64,000 nucleotides of DNA from Bdellovibrio sp. Its GTDB lineage: Bacteria; Bdellovibrionota; Bdellovibrionia; Bdellovibrionales; Bdellovibrionaceae. Within the stretch, counting starts at the first letter, position 1. Every line of letters begins with the position of its first letter. Location: assembly GCA_036677065.1 (NCBI GenBank), contig JAKFBS010000002.1, forward strand, positions 32,001 to 96,000, read 5' to 3'. The notes beneath the pieces were generated by a model, which saw only the letters and a list, made by a program, of their open reading frames with translations, had not been told where the DNA came from and did not search any database. This document shows, piece by piece, positions 38,541 through 48,308 of this stretch. The position numbers and the translations under genes were made by a program.

Positions 38541-39821
38541 TTACAATCCGCCAACGTTAACCAGGTAAGACTCTTTACCTAAAACGCTTTCCATTTTTTT
38601 AAGAATCGTCATCCACTGAAAATTACGGTTATCAGTGCCGACCAGATAGTTTAAAAACTCTTTTAGCACCAAGGGTGAAGTGTGAAAGTACGACGATAGA
38701 CCGTTAGTGACCACATCGATATTAGTTTTCGTCTTGTAAGCATTAAAGTGATCAAGGTAATACGAATAGCTTGAGCACGAATCAAAGTAGTAGATCTGTT
38801 TTTTATTCGGAAAAACGAATTTGCCGGCTTTTCTTTCAAGGTCTGGAATATTAAGGTTTCCACCAAGGCCTGAGTGGCCTTCATAGATAATCGCATCGGC
38901 AACGGCTACCGCTTGTTTGAAGAATTCAGCAAAAACTTTAGATTTTGATTCGATCGCGGTTTCAACTAATAGACTTTTAATTTCGATTCTGATCGTTTCG
39001 CCAGACGATAAAACGACAGTTTTTTTATAAAGGTTTAAAGGGTAGGGCGTATTTTTTTTGAGACGCTCAACAGAAAAACCCTTATCCATTAAATAGTCAT
39101 GAGCATCTTGGTAATTAATGCGGCCATCATCTTCAGGATCTTTTTTGTCTTCAGAAAATCCGTGTATTAAATAAATAGAAAATAAATCGCCATTGCCGTT
39201 ATCGCCACGAAGCAAAGGCAACTCAGCCGAACGTTGAATATTGCGGGTTCTTGATTTTTTCACCTGAATAACTATGTTTTGCGCTAAAGGGTCTTGTGAT
39301 AAGCGTTCACAGCCTTCGCGGTATGGGTCATAGAAATACCAAAAATCACCAAAGGTGTCGTAGTGTGAATCGGTGCATTTTTTGCGGTAAATTTTAAATG
39401 GGTTTGTCGGCAGCGGAACATTAAAGTGGCCTTTGGCTAACACCTTTTCTGCAGCATTATTATGAAGAATCATTTGGCCTGAATTTTTATAGTGAACCCG
39501 CACAAATGACTGTTGGTTTTTTTGAAAGACTTCTTCGGCTAAGATTAGAATTTCTGATTGTGATTTTGGGCCGCCGATACCGTGAATGTTGTTCGAGTTA
39601 ATACCCATGCGTTCGATGACTGTCGGAGAGCTGAAAATACCGAACATGTGCTGGGCTTGAAACTGGGCGGCCGTGATCGAATCGCTGAATGTTTCGTCCA
39701 GCGGTACTTCGACGATAGCTTCATAAGTGAAATCCACTTCAGTCGCATTCGGCGATAAGATCTGCGCCGATAATGAAACTGTGCTTGTTAAAATGAATAA
39801 GCATAGGCCCAGAAATTTCAT
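38541..39821 (-). CDS. Exported hypothetical protein with a possible His-Cys dyad (clan CD-like)
   Basis: Signal peptide starting MKFLGLCLF. AIIYEGHSG and YYFDSCSS motifs. Confidence 0.65.
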   Translation of the reverse strand: MKFLGLCLFILTSTVSLSAQILSPNATEVDFTYEAIVEVPLDETFSDSITAAQFQAQHMFGIFSSPTVIERMGINSNNIHGIGGPKSQSEILILAEEVFQKNQQSFVRVHYKNSGQMILHNNAAEKVLAKGHFNVPLPTNPFKIYRKKCTDSHYDTFGDFWYFYDPYREGCERLSQDPLAQNIVIQVKKSRTRNIQRSAELPLLRGDNGNGDLFSIYLIHGFSEDKKDPEDDGRINYQDAHDYLMDKGFSVERLKKNTPYPLNLYKKTVVLSSGETIRIEIKSLLVETAIESKSKVFAEFFKQAVAVADAIIYEGHSGLGGNLNIPDLERKAGKFVFPNKKQIYYFDSCSSYSYYLDHFNAYKTKTNIDVVTNGLSSYFHTSPLVLKEFLNYLVGTDNRNFQWMTILKKMESVLGKESYLVNVGGL

Positions 39822-39822
39822 G

Positions 39823-40635
39823 TTACTTTTTACTCTCAACAGATTCTACGTTATTACCGCCGATAGACTTTAACGTGAGTTCACCGTCGCCATAGATTTC
39901 AGTAGCGACAAATAAATTGATTTGCGGGGCCGAGATAATCATGCCAGATGCGTTTTCACCCAAAGTAGTGATCGTGTTTTTTTCTGCAAGCACTAAGGTA
40001 TTAGAATCTAAGCGAATGCTGCCGGTGAACTTTTGCATAATGATCGATGCATTTTTCAACATGATATCGCTGGCTGTAATATTAAAACCGTAACTTAAAT
40101 TACTAATTTTGTGTTCGCCGCAGATAAAAACACGGCTAGCGCTTAAACTGATACTAACAGCTGCTAGGTCTACTTTATCTGAAATATCTGTTAAGCCAGC
40201 AATTTCAGATTCTGCCAATTCACAACCCAGATTGATATATGACTTTTCAGTTTCAGTTTGTTTCAAGATAGCCGTGGTTGAAGCAAGGTTTTCTGCGGTC
40301 ATTGTGCTTAGGTTTATTAAATTTTTCACAGTGACTGTGTCAGATCCGGATCTATTCAGGCCTGCAGTCTGAGAAATCGTAATACGAGAATCTATTTTTT
40401 CGCCGTCCAGAACAGCGACTCCGTTTAAAGCAATTCGCCCAGGCTGTCCACCATCGCTTAAAAATTCTAATTTAGTCGTAGAATCGCGTAAGATCTTATC
40501 CATGTCTTCTTGGCTTTGTCGGATGATATCAGCAATCTTTTTATCATGGTCTTCGCGAATTTGTGATTTGGTGCAACCAGATAATACGATGGCCGCTGTT
40601 GTTAATAACAATGAGATTGAAGTAAGTTTTTTCAT
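39823..40635 (-). CDS. Hypothetical lipoprotein
   Basis: MKK, a hydrophobic stretch and lipobox LSGC. Beta-rich C-terminal half. Confidence 0.75.
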   Translation of the reverse strand: MKKLTSISLLLTTAAIVLSGCTKSQIREDHDKKIADIIRQSQEDMDKILRDSTTKLEFLSDGGQPGRIALNGVAVLDGEKIDSRITISQTAGLNRSGSDTVTVKNLINLSTMTAENLASTTAILKQTETEKSYINLGCELAESEIAGLTDISDKVDLAAVSISLSASRVFICGEHKISNLSYGFNITASDIMLKNASIIMQKFTGSIRLDSNTLVLAEKNTITTLGENASGMIISAPQINLFVATEIYGDGELTLKSIGGNNVESVESKK

Positions 40636-40651
40636 AGACTTGGTTATAACA

Positions 40652-40667
40652 AATCTAGCGCTAGATT
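40652..40667. promoter_or_regulatory. Perfect 16-bp palindrome, putative operator
   Basis: AATCTAGCGCTAGATT lies directly upstream of TGT-TATAAC of the 40635 gene on the minus strand. Confidence 0.45.
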
Positions 40668-40728
40668 GGGGAGTTATCTGCGAAGCTAGGTGATTCCTAT
40701 AGGTTCGTCAAAACTTTAGACACTTAGG

Positions 40729-41064
40729 TTACTGGGTTTTACTTTCTAAACGCGCAATACGTGCTTCAAGCTCTTTAATTTTATCGACCAAGGCTTGTTG
40801 GTATTTGATTTCGGCTTGGTCTAAATTCGGAGTCTGAGCATCGTTTATTTGGTCTGCTGCTTCGGCTAGTTTTGCAAGCTGGGTTTCCTGGATTTTTTTA
40901 AGTTGCTGAATTTGGGTTTGCATATTCAGTAACCCTTTTTTCATGTTGGCTATTTTTGGCGGAAATTCGCCAGTGACTAAGCAGTAGCTGGCAACGAACA
41001 TGATGGCTGCGAAAAGTAGGGTGACGATTAGTTTTTTCAGTACTTCAGAGAAGAATTTTTTCAT
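40729..41064 (-). CDS. Small membrane-anchored coiled-coil protein
   Basis: N-terminal TM, GEFPP, heptad-like C-terminus. Confidence 0.7.
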   Translation of the reverse strand: MKKFFSEVLKKLIVTLLFAAIMFVASYCLVTGEFPPKIANMKKGLLNMQTQIQQLKKIQETQLAKLAEAADQINDAQTPNLDQAEIKYQQALVDKIKELEARIARLESKTQ

Positions 41065-41067
41065 GAG

Positions 41068-42267
41068 TTATGTAGCTTCTTTTTTGAAAAGGTCAAGGTG
41101 GCTTATGGCGTATAAGAAATAAATCAGGGTTGAAGTTTGTGCCATAAAGAGCATTTCAAATTGACCTGCGACTAACATGAATAAAATAATTGGTAAAAAT
41201 AACTGCTTAGCTAGTTTGTTTGAATGCAAAAGCAATTCTTTGCACCATAGAGCAAGCCAAGCCAAAAAGGCCAATAAGCCAACGATTCCCATATTGGCCG
41301 CGACTTCAAGATACACGTTGTGAGAGTGTTCAATATAATGTTTATTTTCTAAATTATATTTTTCTTTTATTTCTTTAACGTGAAATTTCAATTGTTGCGG
41401 GCCAAACCCCAGAATAGGGCGTTCTTTAAAGGCGTGAATAGCAGATAAATATTGTGACATGCGCTCGCTGTTAGATGCACTATTCGAGCCCAAGAGAAAG
41501 CGCGAACGAGAGCTGCCGCCCATGAGAGATACAATCACCATTAGACTGATGAATGCGGCTGAAACTACTGCAATCATAATAGCAATACGTTTATTGAAAA
41601 AGAAAAACACAACAGGAAGACCTATCAAAAAACCTAGCATTGCACCACGGGTATACGACATATATAACCCTATAAATCCAATAGCAAAAACTAGGTAAAG
41701 GTAAACTTTATTAAGCGTTGGAAGTTTTTTTGAGTTCAGGCAAAATGTCAACAAGGCTAAGAGAACCATGGCTGAGCCGTAGCCGTAGCGCATAACATCG
41801 GTAAAGCCACCAAGGCGAAAATCGTTTCTGTTAAGTAAATTGGGAGCAATATTAACTCTTGTAAAACCGTAGACAAAAGCAATAACAATAGTTGCTAGAA
41901 AAATATTAAATGCAATCCGCGAATGTTTTTTTAAGAACTCATCGTTTTGTAATTTTTGATTGCGAAATAAAATTAAAGCTAAAATGCCCGATAATGGATA
42001 TTTAATGATTCCGATTGAACGAAATTTTTCTTCAAGCTCGGCAAAGTTTACGGTTGCAGATAAGAGTTGAACGCCAATAAAGCTTAATAAGGCTAAAGTG
42101 CTTGCAGGTAAATTTTTAAAATCAATTTCTTTGCGAATAAAAAACAAAACAAAAGCAATGAGTATAAGTAATTGATATATTGAGATAAATGAAACAGAAG
42201 CAAAGATCGCCATAGCTAATGCATAGAAAGAGATGGCTGTAAATCTAATGGCGTACTTATCGGTCAT
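41068..42267 (-). CDS. O-antigen ligase (WaaL/Wzy_C) family protein
   Basis: Polytopic. TRGA, SNSER, PILGFG and HSHNVYLE...GIVG. Confidence 0.85.
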   Translation of the reverse strand: MTDKYAIRFTAISFYALAMAIFASVSFISIYQLLILIAFVLFFIRKEIDFKNLPASTLALLSFIGVQLLSATVNFAELEEKFRSIGIIKYPLSGILALILFRNQKLQNDEFLKKHSRIAFNIFLATIVIAFVYGFTRVNIAPNLLNRNDFRLGGFTDVMRYGYGSAMVLLALLTFCLNSKKLPTLNKVYLYLVFAIGFIGLYMSYTRGAMLGFLIGLPVVFFFFNKRIAIMIAVVSAAFISLMVIVSLMGGSSRSRFLLGSNSASNSERMSQYLSAIHAFKERPILGFGPQQLKFHVKEIKEKYNLENKHYIEHSHNVYLEVAANMGIVGLLAFLAWLALWCKELLLHSNKLAKQLFLPIILFMLVAGQFEMLFMAQTSTLIYFLYAISHLDLFKKEAT

Positions 42268-42338
42268 AAAGTCTCCTGCTATCAGCTTATGATTCAGGAA
42301 ACTTTATAACCAGTCAACGCCCGTACGGCTACAAGTTA

Positions 42339-42956
42339 TTACTTGCACTTTCTCCAAGACATAACAAAAGTTGAATTAACGCCAGTATCAACAGAATCTA
42401 AGTTAATTTGTGCAATTGAACGATCTTTTGTGTTTGGAAAGTAAGCTACCTGTAATTCAGATAGTAATTGGATAGTTTGTACACGTTGGTTGCACGGCGA
42501 GAAAACTACGCGACCTGGTTTTTGACGAACAGAAACAGCATAGTCGTCAGCAATTGGTCCTTTTAATTGTGCTTCGCGAGCTGAAACAATTGGCTGTCCA
42601 GGGATGATTTGCGTAAAACGGTGTAAACCATAAGCTGAAACGGGAAGTGCCGCAAAACCACGGTAATCAGTTTGCTCTAAACCGTATTGGTAACCTTGTG
42701 GTACATCAACATCGATTAAAACGCGGCAACTCTTTCGAAGACTTGTAGATTGAGGGTTTTCAGAACCGTTACCGATATCAACTTTAAAATTATCAAAAAG
42801 AACAGATAGAGTTTTACCATCTGAAGTCGTTGTGGCCCATGCAGTAGAATCGCTGCAACCAGTTCCGGTCATTCTGACCCCACGGATCGTTACGCTTTGA
42901 GCTTGTGCAATCGCCGTAAAACCGAATAAACCTGCTAATAGAATGATCATTTTCAT
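42339..42956 (-). CDS. Exported DUF4360-like protein
   Basis: Start reassigned to MKMIILL after AGGGG. Signal peptide, GTGC, LSVLFDNF, RKSC and DYRGFA. Confidence 0.75.
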   Translation of the reverse strand: MKMIILLAGLFGFTAIAQAQSVTIRGVRMTGTGCSDSTAWATTTSDGKTLSVLFDNFKVDIGNGSENPQSTSLRKSCRVLIDVDVPQGYQYGLEQTDYRGFAALPVSAYGLHRFTQIIPGQPIVSAREAQLKGPIADDYAVSVRQKPGRVVFSPCNQRVQTIQLLSELQVAYFPNTKDRSIAQINLDSVDTGVNSTFVMSWRKCK

Positions 42957-43109
42957 TAAATTCCCCCTGGTAGTGTTAGTTAGTCTATTTTTCAAGCTAG
43001 CGCGTTGGTGTCGCGGTGGCCTCAAAAATAGGGTCCTAACATAGTCTTAGCAATCAAAAAGCCAAAAGTTTATTGCTCTAAAAGCGAAGGCTTTATAGAC
43101 TCGGGTCTT

Positions 43110-44498
43110 ATGAATTTACTTCCTGTGATTATGAGTGGTGGAAGTGGAACTCGCCTTTGGCCAGTTTCACGCGCAAAATTTCCGAAACAGTTCTGTGAAC
43201 TATTAGATGAGCCATTACATACGATGACTTTGAATCGTTTAAAAAAATATGGCCCAAACTTAGTTGTCACAAACATTAAGTTTCAAGACCTTACTGAGCG
43301 CGATATTCGTACAAATGGGTTTAACGTCGAGAAAGTTCTTTATGAACCAACTCCTCGTAACACCGCTGCGGCAATTGGTTTAGTTTGTAAGTATTTACAG
43401 TTTCAAAATAAGCTAGATCAAGTTGTCGGCGTGTTTTCGTCAGATAATCTAATTTTAGATGAAAAATCTTTTCACGAAGCTTTAGCGGTAGCCACAAAAA
43501 CAGCAAGCACTGGTTCGGTGGTTGTTCTTGGTATTAAGCCAGATCGTCCAGAAACTGGATTTGGTTATATTCAGGTAAAAAACCGTGCGATTGGCACGAA
43601 AGAAGCTACTGAAGTTTTAAAATTTCACGAAAAACCATCGGTTAATAACGCCAATGAGTTTTTAAATGCCGGTACCTATTTTTGGAATGCTGGAATTTTT
43701 ATTTTTCGCGTAGAAAACATGATTCAGCACTTTAAAAAGCTTGAACCTGAAATCTGGAATCATTTAGAAAAATTAAAATCTGATCTATCAAACTTAAATG
43801 AAGTTTATAAAGATATCAAAAATATCTCGATTGATTATGCAATCTTAGAAAAACTAACTTCGCCTGAATTAATGTGTGTAACGTGCGATATCGGTTGGTC
43901 AGATTTAGGCTCATGGGATTCTTTAATGGAGATCCGTGAGGGCGTGCAAAACAAAGGCCTTCAAAACATTCAAGTTTCTAGTAAAAACAATTCGGTATTT
44001 CCGTTAGAGAACAAAGCTTATAGTTTTGTCGGTGTTGATGATCTTATGGTTATTGATACGGCAGATGCACTGCTAGTTTGTAAAAAGAACGAATCACAAA
44101 AAGTTAAAGATGTGGTTGATCGCTTAAAAGTGACTAGCCCAGAATTAACTGAAGAACACGTTTTTGAAAATAGGCCTTGGGGTAAGTTCGAAATCTTAAA
44201 AGATCAAGATTATTACAAATCTAAAGTTATCCGCGTAGATGCGGGTCAAAAAATTTCTTATCAATCACATGCAAAACGTGCTGAACACTGGATTATCGTA
44301 AAAGGTGAAGCCGTAGTTATTTTAGATGATAAAGAAGTTCCGTTAAAAACTGGCCAACATATTTTTATTCCGCAGGGTGCAAAACACCGTATTATTAATA
44401 ATTCGAAAGCAGCGGTAGAATTTATCGAGGTTCAAGTTGGTTCGTATTTTGGTGAAGATGACATTGTTCGTTACCAAGATGATTACGGCCGTAACTAA
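43110..44498 (+). CDS. manC: Mannose-1-phosphate guanylyltransferase / mannose-6-phosphate isomerase
   Basis: GGSGTRLWPVSR..PKQF, ETGFGYI, WNAGIF, WSDLGSW and the cupin RPWG...EHW. Confidence 0.93.
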   Translation: MNLLPVIMSGGSGTRLWPVSRAKFPKQFCELLDEPLHTMTLNRLKKYGPNLVVTNIKFQDLTERDIRTNGFNVEKVLYEPTPRNTAAAIGLVCKYLQFQNKLDQVVGVFSSDNLILDEKSFHEALAVATKTASTGSVVVLGIKPDRPETGFGYIQVKNRAIGTKEATEVLKFHEKPSVNNANEFLNAGTYFWNAGIFIFRVENMIQHFKKLEPEIWNHLEKLKSDLSNLNEVYKDIKNISIDYAILEKLTSPELMCVTCDIGWSDLGSWDSLMEIREGVQNKGLQNIQVSSKNNSVFPLENKAYSFVGVDDLMVIDTADALLVCKKNESQKVKDVVDRLKVTSPELTEEHVFENRPWGKFEILKDQDYYKSKVIRVDAGQKISYQSHAKRAEHWIIVKGEAVVILDDKEVPLKTGQHIFIPQGAKHRIINNSKAAVEFIEVQVGSYFGEDDIVRYQDDYGRN

Positions 44499-44500
44499 TT

Positions 44501-45394
44501 ATGAAGTACAAACTAAGAAGACAGCTCACTGAAAAATTTATTGAACTGATTCTATTCTTAGCTGCAGCAAGTTCAGTGCTGATCACATTTTTTATTGTCT
44601 ATACTTTAGTGACCGAAGCTTTTCCATTTTTTAAAGAAGTGGGTCTGAAAGATTTTATCTTTGAAACTGAATGGACGCCACTTTTTGAAAATCCAAAGTA
44701 TGGGATCGCTGCTTTAGTTTCTGGAACTTTGTTAACCACAACGATAGCGCTTTTTGTGGCACTGCCATTTGGAATTATCACTTCGGTATTTTTGAGTGAA
44801 TATGCGACTGACAAGGTCCGTGAAATTTTTAAACCATTACTAGAGTTATTGGCCGCAGTTCCAACTGTTGTTTATGGCTACTTTGCCATGACACTGATAA
44901 CTCCGTGGTTACAAAAAATATTTCCTGACCTTTCAGGTTTTAATGCATTAAGTGCAGGTCTTGTAATGGGGATCATGATTGTTCCCTACGTGAGTTCGCT
45001 ATCTGAAGATGCGATGCGAGCAGTGCCTCAGCAATTACGTGAAGGAAGTCTTGCTTTAGGGGCTTCAAAATTTCAGACTTCTTTTCGCGTAGTCATTCCA
45101 AGTGCATTTTCAGGAATTGCTTCAGCATTCGTTCTGGCGATTTCACGCGCGCTGGGTGAAACCATGGTTGTGGCTATCGCCGCCGGATTAGAACCCAAAT
45201 TTGGTTTTAATCCTTTAGGCCCTACAGAAACATTAACTGCCTATATCGTGCAAGTCAGCCAAGGCGATCTTCCGCAAGGAAGCATGGGCTATCGCACGAT
45301 TTATGTGTGCGGAATCGTATTATTATTATTTACTCTGACCTTTAATATTATCGGGCAGACCATTCGTCACCGTATGGAAAAGCAGGTGAAATAG
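44501..45394 (+). CDS. pstC: Phosphate ABC transporter permease PstC
   Basis: ELLAAVPTVVYG and SRALGETM. Confidence 0.93.
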   Translation: MKYKLRRQLTEKFIELILFLAAASSVLITFFIVYTLVTEAFPFFKEVGLKDFIFETEWTPLFENPKYGIAALVSGTLLTTTIALFVALPFGIITSVFLSEYATDKVREIFKPLLELLAAVPTVVYGYFAMTLITPWLQKIFPDLSGFNALSAGLVMGIMIVPYVSSLSEDAMRAVPQQLREGSLALGASKFQTSFRVVIPSAFSGIASAFVLAISRALGETMVVAIAAGLEPKFGFNPLGPTETLTAYIVQVSQGDLPQGSMGYRTIYVCGIVLLLFTLTFNIIGQTIRHRMEKQVK

Positions 45395-46318
45395 ATGTCT
45401 GATCAAACGAATGCAAAATTATTGCAGCAGATTAAGTTTTTAAAAGCGCAAGATGTCGTGTTTTGGTTTGTTGGCTTATTTGTTTTAGCCGGCGCTTTTA
45501 TTATTTTATTCGCCCTTATCTACGATATGGGTCAAACGGGTATTCCGCGGATTAATCAGGAATTTTTTCTGAACTTTCCTTCACGTTTTGCCGGTCGCGC
45601 AGGGATTTTAGCCGCTTGGGTTGGAAGTCTTTGCGTGGTGTTAGTCACTGCCTTATTAGCTATTCCATTAGGAGTAGCAACGGGAGTGTATTTAGAAGAA
45701 TACGCTCCTAAAGGTTGGTTTTCTCGAATGATCGAATTAAATATTTTAAACTTAGCCGGAGTGCCGTCGATCATTTACGGGATCATGGCTTTATCGCTGT
45801 TTGTTTATGAGTTTGGTTTAAAACAAAGTATTTTAACCGCCGGCATGACGTTAGGGCTTTTGATTTTACCGATCATTATTGTAACAACTCGTGAAGCGAT
45901 TCGTACTATTCCAAATCATATTCGCGAAGCCAGTTATGCTTTAGGCGCCACGAAATGGCAAACTGTGCGCAGTCACATTGTGCCGTACAGTTTTGGCGGA
46001 ATCATGACAGGCGTAGTGATTGCGTTATCGCGTGCGATTGGTGAAACCGCGCCGCTATTAACTGTTGGAGCCGTGGCCTTCATTGCCTTTTTACCGACTC
46101 CGCCAGTGATGGCTGAAGCTCCTTATGTGAGTGCACAGTGGTTAATGGATCCTTACACGGTTATGCCGATTCAAATGTTTAACTGGATTTCGCGCCCGCA
46201 AGAAGAATTTCATGTGAATGCTGCTGCTGCAGGTATTGTTTTATTATCTATGACTCTGGTGTTAAATGCGCTGGCGATTTATATTCGTTACCGTTTCAGA
46301 AAGAAATATAAGTGGTAA
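45395..46318 (+). CDS. pstA: Phosphate ABC transporter permease PstA
   Basis: [25 protein letters not shown] and RAIGETAPL. Confidence 0.93.
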   Translation: MSDQTNAKLLQQIKFLKAQDVVFWFVGLFVLAGAFIILFALIYDMGQTGIPRINQEFFLNFPSRFAGRAGILAAWVGSLCVVLVTALLAIPLGVATGVYLEEYAPKGWFSRMIELNILNLAGVPSIIYGIMALSLFVYEFGLKQSILTAGMTLGLLILPIIIVTTREAIRTIPNHIREASYALGATKWQTVRSHIVPYSFGGIMTGVVIALSRAIGETAPLLTVGAVAFIAFLPTPPVMAEAPYVSAQWLMDPYTVMPIQMFNWISRPQEEFHVNAAAAGIVLLSMTLVLNALAIYIRYRFRKKYKW

Positions 46319-47097
46319 ATATGAAAAATATTAAAGCCGAAGTTAAAAATCTAACTTTTAGTTATGACAAAACATCGACTGGCCGTCCTGTACTAAATTC
46401 GGTAAGCCTTCCGGTTTTTGAAAATAGCATTACGGCTTTGATCGGGCCTTCGGGCTGCGGTAAGACCACGTTACTTCGTTGTTTTAATCGTATGCATGAT
46501 CTTTATGGCGCGGTTAAGTACGAAGGTAAAATTATCTTACAGCCTTCTGGTTTTGATATTTTGTCTAAGCAAGTTGATCCTTTAGAAGTGCGTATGAAGG
46601 TTGGAATGGTTTTCCAAAAACCAAATCCATTTCCTAAATCAATCTATGAAAATGTAGCTTATGGTTTAAAAATTCGCGGCATTAAAAAGAAGTCTTACCT
46701 TGATGATAAAGTTGAAGATTCACTTAAAAAAGCCGGCCTATGGAAAGAAGTGAGCGATCGTTTAAAAGCTTCGGCCTCGGCGTTATCGGGTGGTCAGCAG
46801 CAGCGTCTTTGCATCGCGCGCGCGCTAGCGACAGAGCCTGAATTATTACTTTTAGATGAACCTACTTCAGCTCTTGATCCAATCTCGACAGCGCATATTG
46901 AAGAGCTTATTGGTGAGCTTAAAAAAACTGTAACTATTTTAATGGTTACGCATAATCTACACCAAGCTGGGCGTGCTTCTGATTTTACCGCGTTTATGTA
47001 TCTTGGGGATTTGATTGAATTTGGCGAAAGTTCGCAAGTGTTCACAAACCCGAAAGAAGAAAAAACTGAGAACTATATTACCGGTCGTTTTGGTTAG
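46312..47097 (+). CDS. pstB: Phosphate ABC transporter ATPase PstB (alternative start 46321)
   Basis: [32 protein letters not shown] and YITGRFG. Confidence 0.95.
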   Translation: MVNMKNIKAEVKNLTFSYDKTSTGRPVLNSVSLPVFENSITALIGPSGCGKTTLLRCFNRMHDLYGAVKYEGKIILQPSGFDILSKQVDPLEVRMKVGMVFQKPNPFPKSIYENVAYGLKIRGIKKKSYLDDKVEDSLKKAGLWKEVSDRLKASASALSGGQQQRLCIARALATEPELLLLDEPTSALDPISTAHIEELIGELKKTVTILMVTHNLHQAGRASDFTAFMYLGDLIEFGESSQVFTNPKEEKTENYITGRFG

Positions 47098-47102
47098 CTT
47101 AG

Positions 47103-48215
47103 TTAAGAAAAATACAGAGTTTTAATTTTATCTAACATCGCGCTTTTAGAAAAATCGCGTTGTATTTTCACGTAAGCCTTTTCAGCCTTAAACCCCGGGT
47201 CAGTTTTTCCTTCATAGAGAGATTTTAAAATTTCGAAGTAAGATTCTGGTGAGTTATCATAAGAAATATAACCAACATCTTCTGTCATAATTTCTTTTAA
47301 TCCGCCTATAAATGATGATATAACAGGCACCTTTAACGCCATGGCTTCGATCGGAACATAGCCAAAAGATTCGTATCTTGAAGGCTGAATCACGATATCA
47401 GCGGATAACATTTCAGCTTCGATATTTTCTGTATAGGGTTTAATTTCGATTTGAGCTGAAAGACCTTTTTCTTGAATAAGTTTTTCAAGCTTAGATTTTT
47501 CTTCACCTTTTCCGAAAATCGTATAGTGAAAAGGGATTTGATTTTTTTGCAATAAGGCACAAGCTTCGATTAAAATGTCATGCCCCTTTAAGTGTCTTAG
47601 TAGGCCAAAACTTTTTAAATTTAGCGTGGAACCAGGTGAGAATTTTTTAGGCATTACCTCTGCTTTTACGTCAACTCCATTTGGATTCACCACTACGCGA
47701 GAGTTAGACCCCACGTTTTTTACAAACAGGTCTTTAGAGTATTTCGACTCGAAAAGAAAAACATCTGTTAGCGGAATTAATAACTTTTCAATGGCGTCGT
47801 ATATAAAGTTTTTAAGCTTTCCATGAGAGCGGTGAAGGCTTCCGCCATGCGGAGTATATATGCATTTGCAGCGCAAAATTAACCCCAATAAACGCGCGTA
47901 TAAGCCACCTTTGGCGCCATGGCCGTGAAGAACCGTAATTGATTTTTTACGAAGAATATTAAAAATAAAAATCAAATTTATTAAGTCTGAAGGCTTAGGA
48001 CCTTCGGAGATATTCAGATTGTAAACGGTTACATTCACGGGAAGTGGCGGGGTAAAATTAGCCTCAGAAAGATCGGTAAAAATTAACACGTTTACGCTAG
48101 AATTCGCGCTAAAATACGAGGCAATGTCTCTGACGTGTTTTCCAATGCCTCCAAGGGGAGAACGCAGAATTTGAACGAGAACTGGCTTGCTTGTCTGTTG
48201 TGTTGGCACTGGCAT
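47103..48215 (-). CDS. GT4-family glycosyltransferase
   Basis: HGHGAKGG, YTPHGGS, KGHD and SRYESFGYVPIEA. Confidence 0.88.
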   Translation of the reverse strand: MPVPTQQTSKPVLVQILRSPLGGIGKHVRDIASYFSANSSVNVLIFTDLSEANFTPPLPVNVTVYNLNISEGPKPSDLINLIFIFNILRKKSITVLHGHGAKGGLYARLLGLILRCKCIYTPHGGSLHRSHGKLKNFIYDAIEKLLIPLTDVFLFESKYSKDLFVKNVGSNSRVVVNPNGVDVKAEVMPKKFSPGSTLNLKSFGLLRHLKGHDILIEACALLQKNQIPFHYTIFGKGEEKSKLEKLIQEKGLSAQIEIKPYTENIEAEMLSADIVIQPSRYESFGYVPIEAMALKVPVISSFIGGLKEIMTEDVGYISYDNSPESYFEILKSLYEGKTDPGFKAEKAYVKIQRDFSKSAMLDKIKTLYFS

Positions 48216-48308
48216 ATCTAATTTGACTACAGCATAGAAAAAGGTACGATACAAAATATTTTTTGAGAGAGTAAACTAAGCTAAATCTCTCGTAGGGTGG
48301 AATTTGTA

